Part shown: piece after piece, positions 1 through 15,523 of the stretch
Numbering within the stretch: position 1 is the first letter of the stretch
Layout of the letters: every line of letters starts with the position of its first letter
Source: the human T2T-CHM13v2.0 reference genome, Homo sapiens
Direction: 5' to 3' (one strand)
DNA: 64,000 bases
Assembly: GCF_009914755.1 (NCBI RefSeq)
Contig: NC_060946.1
Translations under genes and position numbers: made by a program
The notes under the pieces: generated by a model
What the model saw: only the letters and a program-made list of their open reading frames with translations
Database searches by the model: none
Told to the model about the DNA's origin: nothing

Positions 1-306
1 CTGGAAACAGTGTGATAAACGGTAGCCCCACAATGCAACAAAGGCTGGCAGTGCAGGGGAGGGTCCAAATGAGCCTGAGGAATGCGGCAGTCAGAAAGCC
101 CTGCTTATGAAGGACAGAAATCACACCGTCTCCCCTCCAACATGAGAAGCAGCTGGATAACACAAAACGTAGACAAGAAGGGGCTATGCCTTGGGAAAGC
201 CGGAATAGTGGACTTGATCGTGGCAGGATGGCAGGCATCCCCGTTGTATTTCAATTTCTCTCCTACAGGCTGGGTTCTAGTCTCCCTGTGTTTCTAGGAG
301 ATGAAA

Positions 307-605
307 GACCAGGGATTCGCCAACTCCAGGTTCCATTCCCAGAACTTCATCTGAGATGTGGGACCAGGTATTCACCAAGCCCAGGTTCCAATCCCAGAAC
401 TTCATCTGAGACGTGGGACCAGGTATTCACCAAGCCCAGGTTCCAATCGCAGAACTTCATCTGAGACGTGGGACCAGGTATTCACCAAGCCCGGGCTCCT
501 GTCCCAAAAATTCATCTAAGACATGGGACCCGGGTGTTCACCAACTCCAGGTTCCAATCCCAGAACTTCATCTGAAACATGCGACCAGGTGTCGCCAACC
601 CCAGG
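307..605. repeat. 55-bp minisatellite, about 5.5 copies
   Basis: AGAACTTCATCTGA recurs at 341, 396, 451, (degenerate ~506) and 562; unit CCAGGTTCCAATCCCAGAACTTCATCTGAGACGTGGGACCAGGTATTCACCAAGC. Confidence 0.9.
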
Positions 606-1888
606 CTTCTCTCCTAGATCTTCCAGAATAAGAGCGAAGAGGTGGCCTCCATCTGGGTTAAAATCTGCAGCATTTCAGGAGATTTCTGTGGTTGCCTGGC
701 TCTTTCCATGAGACCATAAGAAACAGCCCCTGGTCAGGGGACAGCCGGTGATCAGCCACCCCCAGAGATGTGGAGAATCAGGGTGGGCACACCACGCTTG
801 GCTTGGGTCGTTCAAAATCTCACCACGAAAGAGGCCCAACTCCAGGCCACGGCTGACATGGCCCAGAAGCCTCCATGGTAAAGACCCTGGGGGAGGAGCT
901 GGGGTGGAAAGGGCAATTATGGAGACCCTCGGGTGGTGGCGAAGAGGGAGGGGGGCAGGGTCACTCCCAGGCGAAGAAAAGCAAGGGAAGCCCCCGGCTA
1001 TTTTCAGTGGTTGAAGCGCTCATGTCCAATCACAGGGGTGACCGGGGGGACGAGGTTTACAATCAGGGCTTCTGAGTCTCTAGGACACAGGAAAGTTCTC
1101 GAATCCCCTCGGGGCCAGTCAGAGACACAGAAACCAGGCCCTGTGTTGCCACAGGGGACCTTTTGTCTCAGAGGGAGCAGTAAACACTCAGAGGAAACGG
1201 CCAAGAAGGGTCCTGCAGGACTTGGCAAGGAAGGAGACCGCGAGGTGGCCCCATGTCCAGGAGCCAGCGGACCTGCGTGCCCCTGTCCAGAGGAGCGGCT
1301 GCAGCTCAGCTTCAGCCCTGTGTCCCTGTGAGAATGTGGGTGGAAGATGGCCAAGTCCTCCTGCTTATTCAGGAGAAGCCGGTTGTGAAATGTTTCAAGG
1401 TAGTAGCAAACAGAACATAAACCGAGCAGCTTCCATGGGCCTCTCAGTTCTATGTGTCTCCGGCTGAGATTCAAAAGAGAAGGTGGACGAAGAGGAAATG
1501 CAGGTGACGCCGAGGAAAGGCGCCCAGGACACCAGAGGGAAATGTGTGCACGTGCTCGCCTGCAAACCTGCCACGCGGGAGAGGCTTCCAAACAGCAGGA
1601 ACCCCACAGGCCCCAACTGCGGAAGGAGGACGGAGCCAGTTCCCCTCGGGCGGTCATCATTGGTCTTGGTGACAAGCCAGTGCAGCAGGTGTAAGGAATG
1701 AACAGACGTCAGGGGAAGGCGGGAATTCCAAACACCTTTCCTCTGACTTCACCCACGGGAACCAAAGGAGAGGGAGGTGCCTGGCGGGATGGTGGAGGCC
1801 GAGCCCAGGTCCCACCCCGTCCATCACGGGTGTCCGCGCCGTTTCCTGGGCTGCTGTGGCTGGATGGCTCTGTTGTTTGTTTTGCCGC

Positions 1889-1926
<38 letters not shown>

Positions 1927-1927
1927 A

Positions 1928-1958
<31 letters not shown>

Positions 1959-2004
1959 AACACACACACACAAACACACACACAAATACACACACACACA
2001 CACA
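1889..2004. repeat. Interrupted (CA)n microsatellite
   Basis: CA runs broken by CAAA. Confidence 0.95.
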
Positions 2005-2624
2005 TACGTGCTTCCAGAAACATCCACATACATCACATGTGGTTTCCTATTGGCACTTTATTCCTATGTGGTGGATTCCCAAGGTGTGACTGCAGCGTGA
2101 CTGGTGGAAACATATGTTTGCGTTACCACTCCCCTGCCAGCCACAAATACACACAAAAGAGACTGGGATGGTGGCACCAAAGAGCTTCAGAGGGCACGGG
2201 CGTCATTTCCACATCGCTTTCCAAAATGCCCTAACAACTTAAATTTACATGAATATTAAAAACAGTGCCATTTTCCCTGCCAACAAGAGATGTTATGTTT
2301 CCCTTTATTTTCTTTAGTCTGAGGGTGATAAAACATATGGTTTCTTTCACTGGCAAATCTCTACGCAGCTGTGTGTTGGGACATCTCTTTCAGACATTTG
2401 TTAGTTTGTTGCTTTTATTCTTTGCCAGCTTTCTAATAATATATGTTTCTGGGATATTACAAATAATAATGTCACACATGTAATGTCATTTACATTAAAA
2501 AATATTTTACTAATAGATTACTTTTATATTGGCTTGACATAAAGTATCGTTTTTGCCATGAAAATACTTTTATCACTATCTGAGCACAAATGACTTTCTT
2601 TTATGGCTTCTAAATTCCTTATTA

Positions 2625-3186
<562 letters not shown>

Positions 3187-3229
3187 TCAGACCTCATAGA
3201 CTAGGTTCTGGTTCTCAGTGCCCTGATTC

Positions 3230-4270
3230 CCCCATTCGCTTTTCCATTCCTGGGCCAGTACCATATTGATTTGATTTAAGCGCCTTGGAAACAAGTTATC
3301 ATTTTCACATCAGGCAATTTTACAATTACCGTTCTTTTTTAGGGTTTGCTTGACTATTCTTGGGAATTTATTCTTCCCTATGAACTTTCAGTTCGTGAAA
3401 TAAGACGCCTGGTAATCTCACTGGAATCACATTAAACTTTTACATTAAGATTGGAAGAACTGCTGTCTTGAGAGATTAGGCATTTCCCTATAAGGACGAG
3501 CTATCTCTCCGCGACTTCAGATCTTGTTTTATGTCCCTTAATAAGACTTTCCATATAGTATTATTCTATATAAGACTATAATATAATATATTATATATAT
3601 TGTACAAGGTTAGTCTAACCCTAGCCTTATATCATCTTGCACCTTTATTTTCAAGATAGATTCCTGAGCATTTTATAGTTTCTGCCAATGCTGTGCGCAA
3701 CATATTTGTCCTCATTTCCATTCCTAGATACTTATTTCTAGCATAAGAAAAACTATTGATTTTTGTAAGCTCATCTCCTGCCCGGCTATCTCACCAACAT
3801 GGAGTAAACATTTCTTTCTGAGTCAATATTGGTGATTTATGTTTTCCTAGACTATGAGCCATTTCATCCAGATTTCAAATTTGTTACTATACAGTTGTAC
3901 AGAGAATTCCATTTTAAAATATATTTTCATTAATCCTACAAATGTTTATTGAGTACCCACTTTATGTAGTTATAATCCCCTCTTAAAATCCATAAAATGT
4001 GTATGGTCACATTCTTATTTTTTTCTTGATTAGATTTGCTAGACATTTATCTATTTTATTAGTCTTTTAAAAGAAATAGTTATTTAATTTATTTATAAAG
4101 CCACTTAATACATCTCTTGTAATCTATTATTTTCTTCTTTACTCAGGAATCCCAATTTCTTTACTTTTACTTTGTTATTCTATTTCTAGCTTATGAATTG
4201 AATACTTGGTTCACCTAATTTCGTCTTCCATCTTAAACGCTGAAGTGCGGAAAGTTTGGTATCTCCCCCT
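3230..4270 (-). mobile_element. Ancient L1M fragment (ORF2 region, antisense)
   Basis: T-rich; TTGACTATTCTTGGG...TTCCCTATGAACTTT resembles antisense L1 ORF2; boundaries approximate. Confidence 0.6.
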
Positions 4271-4641
4271 AAGTGCAGGTTCGCCTACAATGTGTGGGAG
4301 CTGGAACCTCATGCTCCCCTCACCGTCGGTGGCAAATGCTCCTTGGCCTGAACTCCTGTCACTGTGAATGTCTGAGGCCTGACGGGCCAGGGTGGTTGAC
4401 AATGGGGCCCCCTCAGTCGGTCCCCAGACAGGGGGAGACAGGAACGGGCTTATCTCCAGAGGTCAGCAGAGGGACCGTCTTGCAACCGGAGCTGGTTTGG
4501 GGCAGGAGTGGGTGTGGAGGAGAGCAGCTCCTGCCCTTCACTGGAGCCAGGAGGACTCGGCTTTGGGGACTCTGCTGGTTCTGCTCCTCCCCCAGGGAGA
4601 AAAGCCTGGGAGGGAGTTGGTGCAGGGCCGAGTTGAGCTGA

Positions 4642-5067
<426 letters not shown>

Positions 5068-5379
5068 CAGGATTTTTCTAAGATAGACTATAATTTAGAA
5101 TTTTTGCTTTCTTTCTTCAATTTGACCAGTAAAAAATGAAGTACACTTTTCAGGAAAACAGCCTTTTCTCCCCAACATTTATTTTTTCTATTAACATCAA
5201 ACTTTATTCCATAGGGGTTACAGTTCAATCCATAAAATGTCTGCCTGGTGGAATTGAGACTTTCTTTGAGCCTTTTTAGTATTCATTTTCCCATGTTTCA
5301 TCCGGCCAGGGAGATGTAAAGCATTGTTTCCTTAGGAGGGAAAATTTGTGTGTAACTTCCATTATTGTTTCATTTGCTT

Positions 5380-5525
5380 ACTTTTGTCTGTCTTTCCCAC
5401 CTGCACTGTAGTGAGTATCATGAACACAGGAGATAGGACCTGATTTATTCACTGTTACAGCCGCGGTTCCTAACAGAGCACCTCATATAAAATGAACATG
5501 CTGTAAACACTTGTGGAAAGAGTGA
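5380..5525 (+). mobile_element. L2 3' end fragment
   Basis: Degenerate match to the L2 3' terminus (TGTCTGTCTTTCCC...ATTCACTG...TAAACACTTGTGGAA). Confidence 0.45.
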
Positions 5526-5719
5526 CTCCACGAAGCAAGCGTACGAATACAAGCTCACATGCCAGTCTTTTGAATTGTTTGTCTACTTTATATATCCATG
5601 ATTTTAAAAGACGTTGCAATCTCCCATGATAACTTATTTACATTTCCTTTTGAATTTCTATCTGATATCATCTTGATATGTTTTATGCTAAGTAATCCCA
5701 ACACAAACCTTGACAAGAC

Positions 5720-6960
5720 TCCGTGTTTCACTGAGACAATATCAATGGTGCCAGACTTTCCCTCCTACCATAAAAGACTTGGAAACTAGAAAAACACATG
5801 AAACAATTGATTTCAGATATTGACTAGCAGGTAACCCAAGAATGGAAGGAATCCCTGAGGGAAGAGAATTAATACGATGAGGCTACCATTGCCCAGCCTT
5901 CCGCCTGGAGGCTGACCCCACTACACAGAGGGATGTCGGGCAGAATGCAAGTCTCACCGAGTTGAGGGTACAGAGACCCGTGTTCTGGGATGCTGAGGTG
6001 GCTAAAAATTGGAAGGAAGAACAACATCAATAAAGGATCTATGCAGAGAGAGGGCTCCAGAAATCGGCACGGGTCTCCCTGAGTTTGTGGCTCAATGTGG
6101 AAGTAGGTAGACAGAAGGCAAAATTCCATCAGGCCATTCTCGGATATCCTAGGATCCATAGGTTCAACAATTCGAGGAATCCAAACAGGGCTGGGACTCA
6201 CTCGTGTTTCCATCCACCCACGTAGAGAGAACCTGATGAATACACAGTGTGCTCAGCGTAAACCGGAGAGTCTGCGGCTAAACCAGCCTCCCAGGAGAGA
6301 ACGTCCCAGACCTGTGCTCTTGAGTCTTAAGATAAAGCTCAGGAGAGACAAGCATAGCCTGAAGGTAACATAAATGTCACCGAATCAAAACTCAAAACTC
6401 TTTAAAGAAGACAATAAAACACAAAAACTCATCACCAAAACAATCAGTGTCAGGCATCCAGTTAGGAATTAGTCACCATGTTCGCAGGAGAAAAATATGA
6501 CCTGTAACCCCAATAAAGGCAGTCAATAGAAAAATACCCAGAAATGACAGAGATGTTGGAATTTTCAGACAAGGATGTTAAAAGAGCTATTATAAATGTG
6601 TTTAAGGATTTAAAAGAACACATGATCACGATGAAGAGAGAAAAAGGAACTGTTAAGAAGAAATAAAAAATATCCACAGTGACTAATACGCTTACCGGAC
6701 TTATGAGCAGATAAAACACAGCAGAAGCAAATAAAATCAAGCTTGAAAATATAGCAATGGGAATTATCCAAAGCAAAGCATAGACAGAAAAGAAAGAACA
6801 AAAATAATTAACAGAGCCTCAGTTACACATAGTACAATATCAATCTAACTTGCCCATAACTGAAGTTCCAGAAAAAAAAGATACAGAAAAATATTTGAAG
6901 ACATGGTAGACTTATTTTTTTTTTCTAAATTTGATGCAAACTTTAAACTCTCATGTAAAG
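5720..6960 (+). mobile_element. Ancient L1M 5'UTR/ORF1 fragment
   Basis: A-rich; GAAATGACAGAGATGTTGGAATTTTCAGACAAGGATGTTAAAAGAGCTATTATAAATG is typical of old L1 ORF1. Confidence 0.65.
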
Positions 6961-6999
6961 AAAAGTGTTCTCACCAGCCTGGTGTAGAACAAAAAGAAA

Positions 7000-9170
7000 A
7001 TCAGAAAGAATGATAACTGCAATAGATTGAAACACATCAAACGCATAAAACCCATATGTGCACCTGATGCTCATAAAGTCTCCCCTTGTTGGTCAAAATG
7101 GGAGGATGATAGAACCAACTCTTGGCTCTGAAATGAAAGAGGGTTCAAATGCTTATCTTTCTTTTTTTAGCTAAAAATGGATGAAAGAAAATTTTTATTG
7201 AGAGAAAATTTCCAGCATTACTCAAAAGTGAAGTTAGAATTAGAAAGTCACTGTTTTGCAGCTCTTAATGACATAACTGATCTATTCAATAATCACAAAC
7301 GGCTGCTTTCCACATTCATTAAGTAAAATGGTGGTTGGAGGCGGGGAGCAGGGTAAGTCTGACCCTGCCAATCTTAATGTCATTAAGACCTAATGGGCCT
7401 CCTGCTGTGAAGCAAACACTGGTGCCACCTGCAAGGAATTCTTGCTAAAAAAAACTGAACTAGAATCAAATCGAGCGTCAGATCAAGCGAGCAGTTTATA
7501 TGACACAGAAGTCAAATGACACCAGTTTCTCCAATAAATGAACCACTGGTATATAAACAAAAGTGAGCTGTTGTCAAAAATAAAAACCTGAAAATACATA
7601 GCCACCAAACTCAAAGAATAAATTAATTTTTAAAAGACTGCTTTGAGACAATAATATTTTGAATATGAATTTTGAATTTCCATTGGAAATTATAAAATAA
7701 CAATGAATTACTATAACCTTTGATAGATGTGATAATAGCATGGTGTGCTTTGCAACCAGTGGGTGGATGGATGATGACTGGATGGTGGATGGATGAATGG
7801 ATGCTGGATGGAAGGCGGATGCATGGATGAAAGGATGGTTGGATGGAGGATGGATGGATGGTAGGTGGATGGATGGATGGATGGTGGATGGATGGATGGA
7901 TGGATGGATGATGGATGGATGGATGGATGGTGGATGGATGGATGGATGGTGGGTGGATGGATGGTGGATGGAAGGTGGATGGATGGATAGATAGATGGTG
8001 GATGGATGGATGATGGATGAATGATGGATGGATGGTGGATGGATGAGTGGATGATGGATGGATGAATAGATGGATGGTAAATGGTGGATGGATGGATGAT
8101 GGATGGATGATGGATGGTGGATGGATGATGGATGGAAGGTGGATGGATGGATGGATGGATGGTGGATGGATGGATGGTGAATGGATGGATGGATGAATGG
8201 TGGATGGATGGATGGATGGATGGATGGTGGATGGGTGGTGGATGGATGGTGGATGGATGGATGGATGGGTGGTGGATGGATGGATGGTGGATGGATGATG
8301 GATGGATGGATAGATGGATGGATGGATAGATGGGTGGTATACAGTGGATGGATGTTGGATGGATGGATGACAGATGGATGGTGGATGGATGATGGATGGA
8401 AGGTGGATGGATGGATGGATGGTGGATGGAAGGTGGATGGATGGATGGTGGATGGATGGAGGATGGATGGTGGATGGATGGATGGATGGATGGATGGTGG
8501 ATGGATGGATGGATGGTGGGTGGATGGTGGATGGATGGATGGTTGGATGGATGGATGGTGGATGGATGGTGGATGGATGGATGGTTGGATGGATGGATGG
8601 TGGATGGAAGGTGGATGGATGGATGGATGGTGGATGGATGATGGATGGTGGATGGATGGATGGATGGATGATGGATGGATGGATGGTGGATGGATGGATG
8701 GATGGTGGGTGGATGGTGGATGGATGGTGGATGGTGGATGGTGGATGGATGGTGGATGGATGGTGGGTGGATGGTGGATGGATGGTGGATGGATGGATGG
8801 ATGGATGGTGGATGGATGGATGGATGGATGGTGGATGGATGGATGGATGGATGGTGGATGGATGGATGGATGGTGGGTGGATGGTGGATGCATGGTGGAT
8901 GGATGGATGGTTGGGTGGATGGATGGTGGATGAATGGATGGATAGGCATCTAGATGGATAGAAAGATACATATAGATATTGTGTTTTGTATTATTTTAAG
9001 TAAAGATGCATACTCAAGTATTTATAGGTGAAATGACATGATGTCCAGAATAAGCTTTAAAATATTTGAAAAAAAAAACTGTAAAAATAGGTGAAGAAAC
9101 ATTGGCACATTGTTGATTTTTTTTTGAGCTTTGAAATTTTTTATAATAAAAAGTTAAAATATTTTGTTGA
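7000..9170 (+). mobile_element. L1MC/ME-type 3' end split by a (GGAT)n array
   Basis: GAATTACTATAACCTTTGATAGATGTGATAATAGCATGGTG before the array and CATACTCAAGTATTTATAGGTGAAATGACATGATGTC...ATAATAAAAAGTTAAAA after it are consecutive parts of an old L1 3' end. Confidence 0.55.
7760..8960. repeat. Complex (GGAT/GGT/GAT)n simple repeat, about 1.2 kb
   Basis: Directly visible TGGA/TGG/TGA mosaic. Confidence 0.97.
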
Positions 9171-9533
9171 GTAAAACAATCAATTAATGAATGTGCCACA
9201 AGGCTGTGCTGAGATGTCTACCTTGAATATGAAGAATTCGGAGTCAGTGAACTTAGTCATTAAAATTATGCTATTTGATAAAAAATAATTTAATGGAGAG
9301 AAGATGGCTACAGCAACAATAAAATTATTGCACAGAATGAATGAGTGAGTGAATGAATGAATGAAGAAGCTCATGCCTTGGCCCCCTGTTCTCACTCCTG
9401 TAAAATGGGGGCACAGGGTCAGATGGAGTCTAAAGTTCCTCTTAGTTCCAGTCATGCTTCTCTGATTTCACCTGGAAAAGAACGTAAAAGAGCTTCAAGG
9501 ATGCATCTCTAGGCTTTAAATCATTAAACGAAG

Positions 9534-9915
9534 TGTATTAGTCCATCTCACACTGCTGTAAAAAACTACCTGAGACTGGGTAACTTATAAAGAAAAGAGG
9601 CTTAATTGGCTCACAGTTCCGCAGGCTGTACAGGAAGCATGACTGCAGAGGCCTCCGAAAACCTTCAATCATGGCGGACAGTGAAGGGGAAGCAGGCAAG
9701 GCCTTCATGGGGCCAGAGCAGGAGGAAGAGAGGGGAGGGGGCGTCACACACTTTTAAACAACCAGATCTTGCGAGAACTCACTCCCCTATCATGAGAACA
9801 GCAAGATGAAAGTCTGCCCCATGATCTAATCACCTTCCACCAGGCCTCTCGTCCAACACTGGCGATTACAATTCTACATGAGATTTGGGTGGGGACACAA
9901 ATCCAAGCCATATCA
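9534..9915 (-). mobile_element. MSTA/MST-family MaLR solo LTR
   Basis: Runs TGTATTAGTCC...AAGCCATATCA (reverse complement of MST termini); 5-bp TSD CGAAG/TGAAG. Confidence 0.9.
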
Positions 9916-9965
9916 TGAAGAAATCTTTCAAAGAACCAAAAAACTCCATCTAAGAACTTTGCATT

Positions 9966-10849
<884 letters not shown>

Positions 10850-11034
10850 TCACCAATGTTTCTTCGGCTGTGGCAGGTGCTCCATGGTGTTTGCTGAAGC
10901 TGGGTCGATGTTAGAGTGACAGAGTCTGGGACCCTTGAATCTATGGATGGGCCTGGGTTTGCCCTGCTCAGAAAAGGTGAAGAGGATGCATGAAAGAGTC
11001 CTTCAAATATTGGAGGAAATTTCAAGTAGAAGAA

Positions 11035-11078
11035 AGAGAGAGAGAAGGAGAGAGAGAGAATGTGTTTGTGTGTGTGTG
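11035..11078. repeat. (GA)n-(GT)n compound microsatellite
   Basis: Directly visible. Confidence 0.8.
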
Positions 11079-12062
11079 TTCTCTCCAGGGGCCAACCTGA
11101 AATCCAGAAGGGTCAGGAAGTGAGAGAAAGATTACAGCTGAACGTATGGATGGCATTTCTCTGTGTTTAACTTGTGCCGTTAGAGGTTTTTCCTCATCAT
11201 CTTATCCTGCAATGACACCGTAAGCTGCTTCTGTTTGGAGACTGACCTCACTGGAGGCACCGGAGCAATGGCAGAATCAACTCCAGCAAAGAATTTTCTA
11301 GAGGAGATTCAGGGACAGGTGAGCATCTCCAGGTTGAGATTCTGAGATTCTCCCCCAGAAAGCGGGAGATGATCAGGTACAGGGGTGTGTGTGTGTCTGT
11401 GTGCGTGCGGGCGTGCATGTGTGTGTGAAGGACACACAGAGAAGGGGAGATTGAGAGGGACTGAGAGGAAGGGAGGGGAAGATGGGGAGGGAAGTCTCGC
11501 ACTGCCCTTCTTCTGGTCTTAGGCCCGGGCGGGTTAAAATAATCTCTTTATTAACATGAAAAGAGGGATGAGAGGAGATGTATCACGTGAGCGTAGCTTC
11601 AGGGAAGCATCAATAGACACAGACAAAAACCAGGATGTTTGTTTCTTAAGACCCTTTTGACACAAAACCCAAAGAAACAGTGTCCCCTTGAGAAGCTGCA
11701 CATATTTTACTTTTCTGCACAGAAACCAGGTACTCTAGGGCAGTATTCTTCTCTACTGTTTTTGGATGGTAAATGCTGCTTGTATTGTCATTTCTTGCCT
11801 GTGTTTTTAATAAATAATTGAATACATATGCTGACTGCAATACTCGAGCCCCTAATGCTAAGGAAAATAAAATAAATGATGCTACATAAAGATTCATTAT
11901 TAATTGGCAGCGACCATCTCAGTAATGTTCTGACAAGCACTAAAGTGCAATGAATTAATCTCGCATAAATTTTTTGTTCTTCAATTTTTCAAGATCTCTT
12001 CAGCGGTGTCCTCAGTGGCATCTCCCTGCAAGTGGGGACCAAGTTCTGAAAACAGCAGACTC

Positions 12063-12370
12063 AGCTGCGTGCGGCACCTCACGCCTGGAATCCAGCACTG
12101 TGGGAGGCCGAGGCGGGCAGATCACCTGATGTCAGGAGTTCGAGACCAGCCTGGCCAATATGGCGAAACCTCGTCTCTACTGAAAATAAAAAAATTAGCT
12201 GGGCATGGTGGTAGGTGCCTGTAATCCCAGCTACTCAGGAGGCTGAGGCAGGAGAATTGCTTGAACCTGGGAGGCGGAGGTTCAGTGAGCCAAGATCGTG
12301 CCACTGCACTCCAGACTGGATGACAGAGCGAGACTCAGTCTCTAAAAAAGAAAGAAAGAAAAGAAAAAGA
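12063..12370 (+). mobile_element. Alu (AluS-like) with (GAAA)-type tail
   Basis: Alu body; TSD AAAA(C/T)AGCAGACTC at about 12049 and 12370. Confidence 0.93.
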
Positions 12371-13449
12371 AAATAGCAGACTCATATCTGTGCCTTCCCC
12401 TGGATCTGGGACGTGGCCAGAGAGAGGGAGCCCTCCCACGCAGGCTATGACTCCAGCCCCCGCCTGACCTCGGGGTGATGTGGGGCTGGGCTGCCTCAAC
12501 TCGCAGAGCTGCAGAGCGTGCTCAGGACGTGGGGGCATTTTAAAGGAGATGTGGACACACCCTTCCAGGGGACAGGCAAGCAGAGCAGCCTGTGTTCTCC
12601 TCACTGTCAGGGCGTCTTCTTGGGGTTTGCTTGTGTGGGCACTTTGCTACACCCTTGTCTCGTCTGGCGCACACCCAGCTGGGTTTCCCCAGCAGGGTGC
12701 GGAGGTGGCAGCTTTAGGGACAAGGGAGGTGTCAGTTTAGCTGATTGCAGCCGCGTGAGAATTAAGCTCTTGGTGATGAGCAGAGCAGGACGGATTCTGT
12801 CCGTCGGGAAGTCAGGGATAGGAGCTGCCTGAGCTGAGGGGCTGGCATGGAGCCTTCAGTGGGAGACAAGATTGAACGGGCCCCTTGCCTCACCCTAATT
12901 TGCATTTCCTCCCTGAATTTAAGGCTGAGCACTTGGAAAACCGACCCTGGGTAGGAGACGTGTCTCCCACGGCAGGAAACGGAGAGGAGGAGCAAAGGAG
13001 GAGCCCAGAAGGGCCTCCGCTGTGGGCAGGACAGAGTTGCGGGGAGAATTGCCAGGTCCTAAGAAGCCCGAACGGGCGTCGGCATCACAGTCAGCTCCCT
13101 CCTTCCAGCTTCTGAAACCTGTGCTTACAGGCAGCTTCTGGGCAGGGCGAAAAGGAGACGGAGGCCGGTTTCTGCACGCATGTAACACTATATCTCCCAC
13201 CCGAGGCTGCACGCAGCCCACCTCCATTCCACTGGGATCCTCCTCCCTGGGCGTCCGCAGCCATTACACAAGTGATTACTTAGAATTCCTTCCTGGCTGT
13301 CGAGGTGAGAAGCACCACCCGGCCGCCTCCCTTCACACACGCGTGTCCACCTGCCGGCAGGACCCCCGCCTGTCGGGAGGGAGCTCGCGGCCATTTGTAG
13401 AAGGAAACTTAATCCCTGAGATGGAGAAAAGTTGGCCAAGACTTTCCAC

Positions 13450-13780
13450 GGGCTTTTTCATTTCATTCACACTGAAGTTTTTATTAATTTAGTAGGGCTT
13501 CTTAATTAAAGGCTCAATGAATAATTGAAATGTAGTTTTGATTATGCTGAAGTTGGTGCCATTTTGAGTTGTAATTGTAACTAATAAATTAATTAAATAG
13601 GTGAGATGATGAAATCCTGTCTCAAGGGGGGGCACTCTTTCAAGAATTTATCTACATGTCATTCAGAGGATTTATGCAGGAAAAAATAGACGATCAGAAG
13701 AAAACCCTGAGTCTTATTAATCAGCTACCTCCTCCCTGTAAGTGCGGGAGCCCGCTAATAATTCACAGTCACCCCAGTGT
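13450..13780. promoter_or_regulatory. Candidate conserved non-coding element / enhancer
   Basis: AT-rich non-repeat island in GC-rich DNA with many TAAT/ATTA/TAATTA homeodomain cores; inference only. Confidence 0.35.
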
Positions 13781-15523
13781 GAGAGGAAGGAGGGCAGCAC
13801 CTGCTCCTCCCTAGAACTCTGTCTGACTTCTCCCTCAAGTCAGAAGAACTGGAGACGGGAAGGGGTGTGGCTGTCACTGTTTATCCCATGAGGGTTTACT
13901 GGGGTCCCCCCTCTGGATGCCTGGATTCAGCCGTGGATGAAACAACCATTGGTCCCACTCGCTGGGAAAGGGCAGACCCTGAGCGAAGCTGCGGCCGCAC
14001 TTCCACAGTTTACGCCGACGGTCAGGGTCATGAGCAAAATTAAGGCAGGAGGGAAGAGTGAGCGGGGCCGGAGCTGGTAACAGGGGAGGAGAATATTTGA
14101 GCAGCCACCAGAAAGAGCTTCGGACACATGTGGTGGAGGTGTCACCTTCCAAAGGGGTCCTTGTGCCTGGAGGCCCACCCCTTCCTCCCGCCACAGGTCT
14201 AGGTCAGCTGCAGGTGTGAGCCACCCCTTCCCTGGCACAAATGAGCCGGGAGCCTGTGTGAGAAGAGGCCACTGCACATCAGATGAGGCCCTGGAAGGAA
14301 TCCTGGACTCCATGGCTTAATAAGCCCATTACAGTCAGAGCAAAGCAACAAATGAATTATTCACCCTGGTAGGCAGTTACTTGCAAAATAAATCTAGGCC
14401 AGTGAGAAGGCCCTTTGCCTCCGGATTCCTGGGGTGATAAGCACCCCTCACCTGGCAGGGGCATTACCAGAGCTGCCCTGTTCCCCTAGCGATGAGCCAA
14501 GATGGCATTCGCACCTCTGGATGCAGGCCTCCGCGGGGACCTACAGTGTACACATGTGGGGTTTTGCCATTCCTGTCTGTTAGAGCCCATCCCATTCCCC
14601 ATGAGCCTCTGAGGAAGGTGCAAAGTCTGCGCTAGTCTTGATTCCCTGAAGCAGCCGGCTGTCATAATAACAGAGATAGTAGAAAGGTACTATTAGCACT
14701 ATTATCAATAAAACAGGACCTCCTCCGCGGTGTGTGGCGAGGGCCCCGCATGCAGCAGCCGGAAGCCTGCATCCCGTGACCCACCGGTTCTTTGATCATC
14801 TCGGTTTTGCCCGCTGGTAGTCCAAAAGCCTGTGCGACAGAACCACTCAACCTGCTCATTAACACACAGCTCCCCAGACTTGACCCCAGATGGGATCCAG
14901 GCCCAGGAACCTGCAATTGGTGAGGAGCCTGTGGCTTTTAAACACAGGATGTCCTAAAACCATGGACCTGTGCTTTCCTCTCCTGCTACACTGGGGGTTG
15001 TTTGGGGGTGTGGCTGATCCCTTCAGTTTACACACAGTATAGCACCATGCAGGGTTAATGCTGTGTTCCTTTGCCCGCCCCCCACCATGGCGTAAAGCTC
15101 ATAGCAGGTGGAATCGCCTCCCAGGTTCAGGTGAGTCTCCTCCCAGCAAGTACATCCTGGATGACAGTGCAGATTCCCCACAACCTCACCCAGGCATCCC
15201 CCAAAGGTGACAGACACACCTCTGCAGGTGACACCATGCCCATCCCCCGGAGGTGACAGACATGCCTCTTTTCTTTAGACATTGCACAGTCTTGGGTATT
15301 TCTTTATAGCACCACAAACGGACTGAGACAACCGCTGATTCCTTTTATGATTTTCTTGGCATTCTGAGACTCTGCCGTATGGACTGGAAGATCATCCTAT
15401 CCACTCCTCACAATCAGTCTATAGGGACTTTCATCCTGAATCTCACTGAACTTTTATTTTAGTTTAGGAGAATTGACTTTGTTTTTTTCTATGAAGCCTT
15501 TCTCTCCAAGGACATGGGATCAC

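Noticed and set aside
7574-8971. His/Pro-rich and MDG/W-rich ORFs
   Set aside because: Translations of the (GGAT)n repeat.
12900-13400. Possible CpG-island promoter
   Set aside because: CpG enrichment looks only moderate by eye and there is no evidence for a TSS.
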